NCBI GenBank assembly: GCA_038062385.1
Contig: JBBTXH010000082.1
Location: forward strand, 3,749 to 29,354
DNA length: 25,606 bases
Source: Patescibacteria group bacterium
GTDB taxonomy: Bacteria > Patescibacteriota > Patescibacteriia > UBA11705 > JABHMO01
Reading direction: 5' to 3'
Within the stretch, counting starts at the first letter, position 1. Each line of letters opens with the position of its first letter. The notes beneath the pieces are model-generated. The model did not search any database. It was not told where the DNA came from and saw nothing but the letters and a program-made list of their open reading frames with translations. The translations under genes and the position numbers were made by a program. This document shows positions 8,607-15,534 of this stretch, one piece after another.

Positions 8607-9709
8607 TACACCGCTAAGGTTTGCTCCGCGCATTTTTTCCAACTGAATCGTTTTACGTTTTCCAATCCTTTATTTCTGAGTTCTTGTTTTAAAGTTTCGT
8701 TTGATAAAACAGCATAAATCTGTTCAGACATTTCATTGCTGCTCCACGGGTTGAAAAACAGGGCAGAGTCATTCAGAATTTCAGGCATTGATGAGGTATT
8801 TGTGCTGACTACCGAGCAACCGCATTTTTGCGCTTCAATGGCGATAAGTCCAAAGCCTTCGATGAAAGAGGGGAGGACAAAGAGGTCAGCGGCATTATAA
8901 AGTGGGGGTAGTTCTTGATCGCTGATATAACCGGTGGTGATAATATCGTTTTTGAATGGCGAAGCGTTAATCCTTTCGCGAACTTTTGTATCGTGCAAGT
9001 CTTCTCGTCCACCAAGAACAAGTTGATGCGGTAAAGCGTAATTTTTTTTCAGCAAATTAAATGCTTCCACCAATCCGGTGAGATTTTTGTGATCTCGCCA
9101 AACGCCAACGTAAAATATGAACGGTTGGCAAATTCCGAACTTGTTTTTTACTTTATTTATTATAGCACAATTTTCAATTATTTTAAAACGTTCGTCCACA
9201 CCTTCGTGAGTGACAATGATTTTGTCCGGATTAACCTTGAAATACCGGATAATGCCTTGTTTCGTGCTCTCTGAAACAGCGATAATTTTGGTTGCTTTTT
9301 TAACGGTTGAACGGAAAACTGCGCGATAACCGAGGCGTCTGATCAAGGAATTCATTTTATGTCCGGGAAATGTCAGCGGCGTGAGGTCATGAATGGTGCA
9401 GATTGATTTTTTGGGAAATAGAATCGGCGAGTTGAAATGAGGGTAGTGAATCAGGTCGAATTTTTCTCGCAGGAATTGAATCGGCAGTAAAAATTGTTCT
9501 TGATAGGTGTACCAACGCGGAGTTACTTTGACTTTTTTAACGCGACTGTTCGGTTCAATAAATTTGGAGAAAGCCGGTTCGCGCAAAAACAAAACATATT
9601 CGTTTTCAGAGTCTATTTGAAACAAATTGTCAGTCAAGTTTTTTATGTAAGTGCCGATGCCGGTGCATTCTTCATTACCGTACATTCTGGCGTCGATGGC
9701 GATTTTCAT
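8594..9709 (-). CDS. Glycosyltransferase family 4 (GT-B)
   Basis: MKIAIDAR start, TIHDL, FYVG...HKNL, EGFGLIAIEAQKCG signature. Confidence 0.93.
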   Translation of the reverse strand: MKIAIDARMYGNEECTGIGTYIKNLTDNLFQIDSENEYVLFLREPAFSKFIEPNSRVKKVKVTPRWYTYQEQFLLPIQFLREKFDLIHYPHFNSPILFPKKSICTIHDLTPLTFPGHKMNSLIRRLGYRAVFRSTVKKATKIIAVSESTKQGIIRYFKVNPDKIIVTHEGVDERFKIIENCAIINKVKNKFGICQPFIFYVGVWRDHKNLTGLVEAFNLLKKNYALPHQLVLGGREDLHDTKVRERINASPFKNDIITTGYISDQELPPLYNAADLFVLPSFIEGFGLIAIEAQKCGCSVVSTNTSSMPEILNDSALFFNPWSSNEMSEQIYAVLSNETLKQELRNKGLENVKRFSWKKCAEQTLAVYQSI

Positions 9710-9740
9710 AGAAGCAAAAAAGCAAAGAAGCAATAAAACA
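9709..9740. repeat. 8-nt-period tandem array at GT4 start, inverted relative to 8567-8606
   Basis: tagaagca/aaaaagca/aagaagca/ataaaaca. Confidence 0.7.
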
Positions 9741-9743
9741 AAA

Positions 9744-9983
9744 CTATGGATTGTAGGTAATATCAGAGCGTCGTTCGATGGTTAATATTTTAATGACGGT
9801 TTCGTGTTTATGAAAAATAATTCTGATATTGCCTTGTCTTGCGCGAAAAACATCATCGCGGCCTTTGAGTTTCATTATATCAACATGGCTAAAATCCCCG
9901 CTTAAGATTTTTTCCAGCAGAATTTTAACCTTCGTTTTTTCTTTGGCGCTAAGTTTTACCAACGCTTTTGAAATCTTATCCAT
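9744..9983 (-). CDS. RelE/ParE-family toxin
   Basis: 79 aa, basic, DIMKLKG..DVFRARQGNIRIIF...IKILTIERR pattern; 1 nt downstream of antitoxin. Confidence 0.8.
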   Translation of the reverse strand: MDKISKALVKLSAKEKTKVKILLEKILSGDFSHVDIMKLKGRDDVFRARQGNIRIIFHKHETVIKILTIERRSDITYNP

Positions 9984-9984
9984 G

Positions 9985-10194
9985 TTATAAGCGTTTTAGA
10001 ACCTCATTGATTTCAACCCCGCCTTTTTTGATTTTTGTGAAATCAATCACTTCCTCCCAGGCTTCATCGTCAACCGGAGAAATTTTAAATATCGGTTCTG
10101 ATCGCCGAATGACGATAAACGATTCGCCGGCTTTGATTTTTTGGCGATAGGATTCTAGGTTTTCTCGTAAGGATTTTAGTTTGATGGTAGTCAT
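9985..10194 (-). CDS. Phd/YefM-family antitoxin
   Basis: MTTIKLKSLRENL..Y...I.AGESFIVIRRSEPIFKISP pattern with acidic tail. Confidence 0.82.
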   Translation of the reverse strand: MTTIKLKSLRENLESYRQKIKAGESFIVIRRSEPIFKISPVDDEAWEEVIDFTKIKKGGVEINEVLKRL

Positions 10195-10201
10195 GTTTTT
10201 C

Positions 10202-10253
10202 AAGTTAAACTTAAGGTTATCTTTAGTTTAACTTAATATTTTGGCGGTGTCAA
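10202..10253 (-). promoter_or_regulatory. TA promoter with overlapping palindromic operator
   Basis: TTGACA (10248-10253)-17-TAAACT (10225-10230); IR AAGTTAAACT 10202-10211 / AGTTTAACTT 10225-10234. Confidence 0.7.
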
Positions 10254-10301
10254 ATTTTAAAATGAAAAGCCCCAATATGATTATTGAGGCAACTTCTTGG
10301 G

Positions 10302-10514
10302 CTAGAAGGTGAGAAGAGCGCGAGGAATCCTCGGGGCGCAATAGAGAGCTTCCACCGCCGGATCAATCCCGTCAACATTTTCTCCTTCAATTCTCATCGA
10401 GGCGATCGCGCCGGTCACTATGGAATTAGCTATCATCTCGCGAAGTTCTTTTTCAGACAGATTAACCGTGACGTCCCCATCATCATCAGAAACGTGTATT
10501 TGGAAAGCAGACAT
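10302..10514 (-). CDS. Small protein with Fic-inhibitory SxxxEG motif (VbhA-like antitoxin candidate)
   Basis: AAGGAGG SD, ATG 10514, promoter TTGACA (10561-10566)-17-TAAACT; sequence contains GAIASMRIEG. Confidence 0.6.
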   Translation of the reverse strand: MSAFQIHVSDDDGDVTVNLSEKELREMIANSIVTGAIASMRIEGENVDGIDPAVEALYCAPRIPRALLTF

Positions 10515-10589
10515 TCGCACCTCCTTTGCGTAGTTTGAGTTTAACGTTTTTAGAGGTAAATGTCAATGGTTTCGTTTTAAAATGAAAAT

Positions 10590-10613
10590 CCCCATCGTGC
10601 GATGATGATGGGG
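10590..10613 (-). terminator. Terminator hairpin downstream of tRNA-Gln copy
   Basis: CCCCATCGT gcgatg ATGATGGGG, T-rich tail on minus strand. Confidence 0.65.
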
Positions 10614-10621
10614 CTTATGAG

Positions 10622-10692
10622 TTCGGGCGGGAGGGATCGAACCTCCATAATAGGATCCAAGGTCCTGTGTCCTACCATTGAACGACGCCCGA
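10622..10692 (-). tRNA. tRNA-Gln(TTG), island copy (C33, C27-A43 mismatch)
   Basis: TCGGGCG/CGCCCGA acceptor, GTTC/GGAC D-stem, CAGGA CCTTGGA TCCTA anticodon arm, GGAGG TTCGATC CCTCC T-arm; no encoded CCA. Confidence 0.88.
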
Positions 10693-10708
10693 TTTGGAAA
10701 TAAAATCG

Positions 10709-10782
10709 TGTCTCCAACGAGATTTGAACTCGTGTCACCGGCGTGAAAAGCCGGTGTCTTAATCTGGCTAGACGATGGGGAC
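10709..10782 (-). tRNA. tRNA-Glu(TTC), with deviations
   Basis: CCGGC TTTTCAC GCCGG anticodon arm, ACGAG TTCAAAT CTCGT T-arm; acceptor C4-A69 mismatch; D-loop lacks GG. Confidence 0.85.
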
Positions 10783-10832
10783 TCTTTGAAACTTGGCGGG
10801 CATTTCTGGTTAAGTACCCCACCTTTACAGCA

Positions 10833-10861
10833 ATTATAGGGCTTATTTGAGGCTTTGTCCA
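10833..10861 (-). promoter_or_regulatory. Promoter for tRNA-Glu/tRNA-Gln pair
   Basis: TGGACA (10856-10861)-17-TATAAT (10833-10838). Confidence 0.65.
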
Positions 10862-11035
10862 ACGGACAAAATGAGGCATGTGGGTCGGGGTCTTATAAGA
10901 TAACTTGTGAGACATTGGAAAAACAGATGGGTCTCACAGATTTGAGGATTGGCTAAGATAAGCGGGATAAAAGTGAGATGAGACAAATGAGACACGGAAA
11001 GAGCTTTCTCGACCATTAAGATTCCATCAATCTAT

Positions 11036-11064
11036 TTGACAAAACGAATATAATCGCATATAAT
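11036..11064 (+). promoter_or_regulatory. Promoter of Fic operon
   Basis: Perfect TTGACA-17-TATAAT. Confidence 0.8.
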
Positions 11065-11093
11065 CAAATACAGATTATACATAACATTATAAT

Positions 11094-12158
11094 ATGCCAA
11101 AATTAAACAAAAGGTTCTCTTTTAATCCCGAAGCAACCCACAAAATCTATGGCCTGATCGCGCAAATCGACGAACTGAAAGGCCAATGGAAAATGGGAGC
11201 GAATCTGTCACCGCAGACTTTAGGCATGCTGAAAAGATCGGTCATTGTCACGTCCTCTGGTGCGTCCACTCGTATTGAAGGAGCGAAGCTTACCGATGAA
11301 CAGGTTGAGAAATTGCTCAAAGGGTTGAAGATCCAAAAACTGGCCACTCGAGATGAACAAGAGGTCGCCGGCTATGCCGAGCTGCTGACCAATGTTTTTG
11401 ATTCATACAAAAAGTTGGAACTGACTGAAAGCACGATAAAACATTTCCACAGTGAACTACTGAAGTACTCGGATAAGGATGTTCGCCACCGCGGCGAGTA
11501 TAAATTTGGCACTAACCGAGTGGAAGCCAAGGATGCCGACGGGAAGGTGGTCGGCGTATTGTTCGACCCTACCCCGCTTCATTTGGTTGCCAAGGAGATG
11601 CAAGAACTTATTGAGGAAACGAAAAAACTTTTGGAAGCAAAAGAAGTCCATCCCCTGATTGTTATCGCCGCTTTTATTTTTGAATTTTTATCCATCCACC
11701 CGTTCCAAGACGGGAACGGCAGATCTTCTCGCGTGCTAACAAATTTGTTGCTTTTAAAGAACGGCTATGAATACATGCCGTATGTTTCGCATGAGAAATT
11801 AGTGGAAGACAATAAGAATGAATACTATCTTGCTCTCAATCGAACGCAACGAACGTGGAAAACGGAACACGAAGACATCAGTCCGTGGCTGTTGTTTTTC
11901 CTGAATATTATGCTCAAGCAAACTCAAATCGCAATCGGGTTGTTATCCAAAGAATCCATTGAAAATATGCTTTCGGAAAAACAACTGGCCGTCTGGCATT
12001 ATTTCAGCGCGCACGACACCGTAACGCCGAAAGAATTGCGAGACAACCTTAAAATTGCCGGGCCGACAGTGGCGCAAATTTTAAACAAGCTTTTGGAAAT
12101 GAGAAAAATTGAACGCCTGGGAGCTGGCAGAAGCTCAAGGTATCGATTGCTTAAATAA
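11094..12158 (+). CDS. Fic-family protein (class II-like) with C-terminal winged HTH
   Basis: Intact HPFQDGNGRSSR active-site motif; N-terminal STRIEG inhibitory motif. Confidence 0.93.
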   Translation: MPKLNKRFSFNPEATHKIYGLIAQIDELKGQWKMGANLSPQTLGMLKRSVIVTSSGASTRIEGAKLTDEQVEKLLKGLKIQKLATRDEQEVAGYAELLTNVFDSYKKLELTESTIKHFHSELLKYSDKDVRHRGEYKFGTNRVEAKDADGKVVGVLFDPTPLHLVAKEMQELIEETKKLLEAKEVHPLIVIAAFIFEFLSIHPFQDGNGRSSRVLTNLLLLKNGYEYMPYVSHEKLVEDNKNEYYLALNRTQRTWKTEHEDISPWLLFFLNIMLKQTQIAIGLLSKESIENMLSEKQLAVWHYFSAHDTVTPKELRDNLKIAGPTVAQILNKLLEMRKIERLGAGRSSRYRLLK

Positions 12159-12160
12159 CT

Positions 12161-12418
12161 ATGTCGATAAAAATCAAGACGGCGCATGCCCGCAATTGGT
12201 TCTACGGCAACATCTGCACCAAAAAGTGTTACGCCGACATTGAAAAGCAAAAACATTGCTATGATAAAATGGCCGAGATGATCAAAGGTAATGAAGACTA
12301 CTTCATTACGCATAACACCTTTGTTAAAACAATACGCCAAAAACACAAAGAAGTCTGTGACATTTCCGATGAGCTTTTTAACCACAATGAAAGCGATTTT
12401 TGGCATCGAAAACTTTAA
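12161..12418 (+). CDS. Hypothetical 85-aa protein
   Basis: Packed 2-3 nt from both neighbours in the same direction; no motif recognised. Confidence 0.65.
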   Translation: MSIKIKTAHARNWFYGNICTKKCYADIEKQKHCYDKMAEMIKGNEDYFITHNTFVKTIRQKHKEVCDISDELFNHNESDFWHRKL

Positions 12419-12421
12419 TTT

Positions 12422-14594
12422 GTGATTGATCTAACTCCCCAAGAAAAAATTGCTTTGTTTAAATCCCTCTTCCGCGGAAGAGAGGATGTTTTTGCCGTGC
12501 GCTGGGAGAAAAAAGACGGTTCAGCTTCCGGCTATACGCCCGTTTGCCTGAATGAATGGAAAACCGACATATGCAACAAGCTCCAAAGCAAAAAATGCAA
12601 GGATTGCGCTCATAGCCAATATATCGGGATCAGCGAGCAACACATTGAGCAGCATCTGCGCGGCGCGAAAACATATGGAATTTATCCATTATTGAATGAC
12701 AATTCATCCTGTTTTATTGTCGCTGATTTTGATGGGAATGATTGGCAAGAAAAAATCGACGGGTTCCATGGCATTTGTTCAAAGCATGATCTGCCTGCAT
12801 ATATCGAACGCTCGCGCTCCGGCAATGGCGGCCATGCCTGGATATTCTGTGAGGACAAATACCCTGCCTACAAAAGCAGAAATGTGGTCATTAACCTGCT
12901 GAAAGAAGCGGGCATAATTGATCAATTTGAAAAAGACGATTGCTTTGACCGGTTATTTCCCAATCAAGACGCGCTTAGCGGCAAAGGTTTCGGCAACCTT
13001 ATCGCCTTTGCCGCTACAAGGTGAGGCGCGCAAGCGCGACAATACCGTATTTTTAGATCCTGACGCTAATTTGTTGCCGTTTGCCGACCAATGGGAATTA
13101 TTGAAACTGATAAAACGCGTTCCAATCGCGCATTTGGATAAATTGCATGCTCTTTTCAATTCCGCCGGCGCGGAGCCGAGTTCGTCGGCTTCCGAATTAA
13201 GCATTACCGTCGGAAATATGCTTTTCCTGAATAAATCCTTTCTGCCTAAGATTTTGATAAATTACCTGAAAGATACGCTTAATTTTCTAAATTCCGACTT
13301 TCTGATAAAAAAGAAAATCGGTGCTTCGGTGTATAAGGTGGGAAAATATTTCAAGCTGATTCAAACGTTTGACGATACCATCGCCATCCCGCGCGGTTTT
13401 CTGCATAGATTGACTGATTTCCTGAAAGAAAAGCATACTGAGTATAAAATTGATGATCGGCGTTTAAAGCTCGATGAAGTAAAATTTGAAAACAGTATCA
13501 AATTGTTCCCTCATCAGGTCGAAGCAGTTGATAAAATGATCGCCGTTGACGCCGGCGTCCTAGTTGCGCCGCCCGGCTCAGGGAAAACAATCATCGGGCT
13601 AGACATAATTGCCAAACAAAAACAGCCGGCCTTGATTTTGACGAATAAAAAGCAAATCTTCAACCAATGGCTGGAACGAATAGAAGGGTTTCTTAATTTA
13701 CCAAAGCGCCAGATTGGACAATATACCTCGAATAAGAAGAAGCTTGGAGAAAAGATCACGGTCGCGATGGTGCAGACGCTGAACAACGCGGCCGAACAAG
13801 AACTCGCCGGAAAATTCGGCCTGATACTGGTGGATGAATACCATCACATGCCCGCAAAAATGTTCCGCAACGTCATCACCAGATTCAATCCTTATTTTCT
13901 TTACGGACTTACGGCCACGCCAAAACGAAAAAACAATGACACGGATTTGATCTTCTTCTTTCTCGGCGATATAATCCACACCATGCCGAATTCATTCGGG
14001 AAACCGGAAGCCGCGAAACAAAGCACCGTAGTGGCAAAGTCGCCCAGTGGTTTGAAAGTTATCATTAGAGAAACGGATTTGTCCGTTCCGTTTAAAGTCA
14101 AGACGGACAATGTGCAGATGCTGTACAAAATTATCACTTTTGATACGGCGAGAAACAAGCAAATCATTGCCGACATCAAACGCGAAGCGGAACAGAACAA
14201 ACGGTGCTTGATTTTGACCGAGCGCAAGGAACACGTGGATGTTTTGAACTCCTATCTGAAGCGAGAATATGAAACTATCATTCTGACAGGCGACTTAACC
14301 GAAAAACAGCGTCGACTGAAAGTGAAGCAGATCCAAGCAGGGCATTTCCAGATACTTATCGCCACCGGCCAGCTCATCGGAGAAGGAACTGATTTTAACA
14401 ACTTAGATTGCCTTTTTCTTGCATTTCCCTTTGCCTTTGAAGGCAAATTGACGCAATATATCGGGAGGATCAACCGCGGTCTGAATACTGGCGGAACGAT
14501 TTATGATTACAATGATAGCCAAGTCGAATATCTGAAAAGATTTTTCAAAAAGCGGAATGCTTATTATCGGAAGAACTTCGAATGTGTGCAATAG
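12422..14594 (+). pseudogene. AEP (TOTE-type) primase domain plus SF2 DExH helicase, split by one +1 frameshift
   Basis: LFRGREDVFA, GIYPLL, ADFD, ERSRSGNGGHAWIF, DRLFPNQD primase-like motifs; removing one T of TTT 13007-13009 restores GNLIALPLQGE; helicase APPGSGKT, DEYHH, TAT, QYIGR. Confidence 0.8.
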
Positions 14595-14642
14595 CGGCAA
14601 ACATAAAAACAGCCAACGAATGGATCTGTTTTTAAAATATAA

Positions 14643-14670
14643 AACCTCATCGTGCGATGACGATGAGGTT
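14643..14670 (-). terminator. Terminator of tRNA operon
   Basis: AACCTCATCGT gcgatg ACGATGAGGTT, 11 bp, T-tract on minus strand. Confidence 0.75.
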
Positions 14671-14676
14671 AATGAG

Positions 14677-14748
14677 TTCGAGCGGGAGGAATCGGACCTC
14701 CGTTCCGGGATCCAAAGTCCCGTGTCCTGCCAACTGGACGACGCTCGA
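14677..14748 (-). tRNA. tRNA-Gln(TTG), resident copy
   Basis: TCGAGCG/CGCTCGA, CGGGA CTTTGGA TCCCG, GGAGG TCCGATT CCTCC (C at position 55). Confidence 0.9.
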
Positions 14749-14775
14749 ATTACGGATTAGAAATCGAAAAAGAAA

Positions 14776-14926
14776 GTGATTAGCGCACTGGCATTATGCA
14801 AGTCGCCGCCACTTATGTGGAAGCCACGCCCGTAGATTACTGCTCCTTATGAGCGCGTAATCACCAACGCCTTGTCGCATTTGCGCCTGCCAAGTTTCCC
14901 GGGCCGGGTTCTTGGCAACTAATCAC
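14776..14926 (-). ncRNA. Unassigned 151-nt structured RNA within tRNA operon
   Basis: 8-bp closing helix GTGATTAG/CTAATCAC, several internal helices; G-U pairs favour the minus strand. Confidence 0.6.
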
Positions 14927-14928
14927 AG

Positions 14929-15013
14929 AGGAAAGAGTGGGATTCGAACCCACGGAGGCTTTCACCTCTGCGGTTTAGTAGACCGCCGCCTTAAACCACT
15001 CGGCCATCTTTCC
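14929..15013 (-). tRNA. tRNA-Ser with ACT anticodon
   Basis: GGAAAGA/TCTTTCC acceptor, GCGGT CT ACT AA ACCGC, long variable arm, GTGGG TTCGAAT CCCAC. Confidence 0.9.
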
Positions 15014-15036
15014 TTTTACAAGTGAACGTTGATTAG

Positions 15037-15177
15037 AGGAGGGAGTGGGATTTTCATCTCGCCAGCGGGCGGGACGGGCTCCACGGGAGCTTTCACCCCA
15101 GTGGTTTTCAGGACCACCGCCTTAAGCCGCCCCGCCTTCGCATGAAGCTATGACGGGGCAAGCTCGGCCATCCCTCC
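15037..15177 (-). tRNA. tRNA-Ser(TGA) with D-loop and T-loop hairpin insertions (141 nt)
   Basis: GGAGGGA/TCCCTCC acceptor, GTGGT CCTGAAA ACCAC, variable arm GGGGTGAAAGCTCC; insertions at 15129-15161 and ~15055-15080. Confidence 0.8.
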
Positions 15178-15184
15178 TTTGATT

Positions 15185-15270
15185 CAGGGCTTGTGGTTCA
15201 GGGCTTGCCCTGAACCCGAACCGCACTTAGACTAGACAAAGAACTTGGAAAGGAAGTGAGTGGTTCAGGG
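15185..15270. repeat. Composite CTTG-footed hairpin element in tRNA spacer
   Basis: CTTG CCCTGAACC (15208-15216) ... GGTTCAGGG (15262-15270); reverse complement matches 23600-23639 at both ends. Confidence 0.75.
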
Positions 15271-15343
15271 TGCGCACCGCGGGGCTCGAACCCGCGACCT
15301 ACGGATTAAAAGTCCGGTGCTCTACCAACTGAGCTAGGTGCGC
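15271..15343 (-). tRNA. tRNA-Lys(TTT)
   Basis: GCGCACC/GGTGCGC, loop CTTTTAA, GCGGG TTCGAGC CCCGC. Confidence 0.95.
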
Positions 15344-15369
15344 GTTTCAAGGAACAATTAGAACTCGCA

Positions 15370-15398
15370 ATTATAGCATATCAGAAATTTATTGTCAA
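15370..15398 (-). promoter_or_regulatory. tRNA operon promoter
   Basis: Perfect TTGACA-17-TATAAT with extended -10 TG. Confidence 0.85.
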
Positions 15399-15534
15399 TA
15401 GAAGCGGTAAAATTTGTTGTAATTCTAGCAAAAAAGATTTTTATAACAAAATTATGTTTTGACAATTCTATTCTCATTGTGCTACGTTTAAATTGGTTCT
15501 TTGAGGACAAATAAACAGAAAGGAGATAAGCGAA

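Larger units (their letters stand above)
10565..10692. repeat. Left copy of diverged direct repeat (tRNA-Gln plus terminator plus flank)
   Basis: Aligns by eye to 14619-14748. Confidence 0.85.
10693..14618. mobile_element. Putative tRNA-Gln-associated genomic islet (no integrase visible)
   Basis: Bounded by the diverged tRNA-Gln/terminator direct repeat; cargo is Fic, an ORFan and a primase-helicase. Confidence 0.6.
14619..14748. repeat. Right copy of diverged direct repeat
   Basis: Aligns by eye to 10565-10692. Confidence 0.85.

Noticed and set aside
3847-9733. Short opposite-strand ORFs inside the large membrane and GT genes
   Set aside because: Shadow ORFs without start signals or recognisable motifs.
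10577-10915. ORFs 10577..10915 and 10563..10862 (minus)
   Set aside because: They run through two tRNA genes and their promoter; incidental frames.
12918-13010. Independent start for the 558-aa helicase ORF
   Set aside because: This N-terminal stretch is the off-frame reading of the primase domain; real homology starts at PLQGE after the frameshift.
13830-13850. DEYH Walker B as an inactivating change
   Set aside because: The third position of DExH is variable; the acidic pair and His are retained.
10693-14618. Prophage or integrase-driven element
   Set aside because: No integrase, recombinase or virion genes in the interval.
14557-14760. 67-aa plus-strand ORF
   Set aside because: Antisense to tRNA-Gln and its terminator.
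14776-14926. Assigning the 151-nt RNA as SRP RNA, 6S, tmRNA piece or tRNA-His/Sec
   Set aside because: AGCAG is present but without the CAGG partner or GNRA loop of SRP helix 8; no T-arm or anticodon arm; branched rather than the 6S rod shape.
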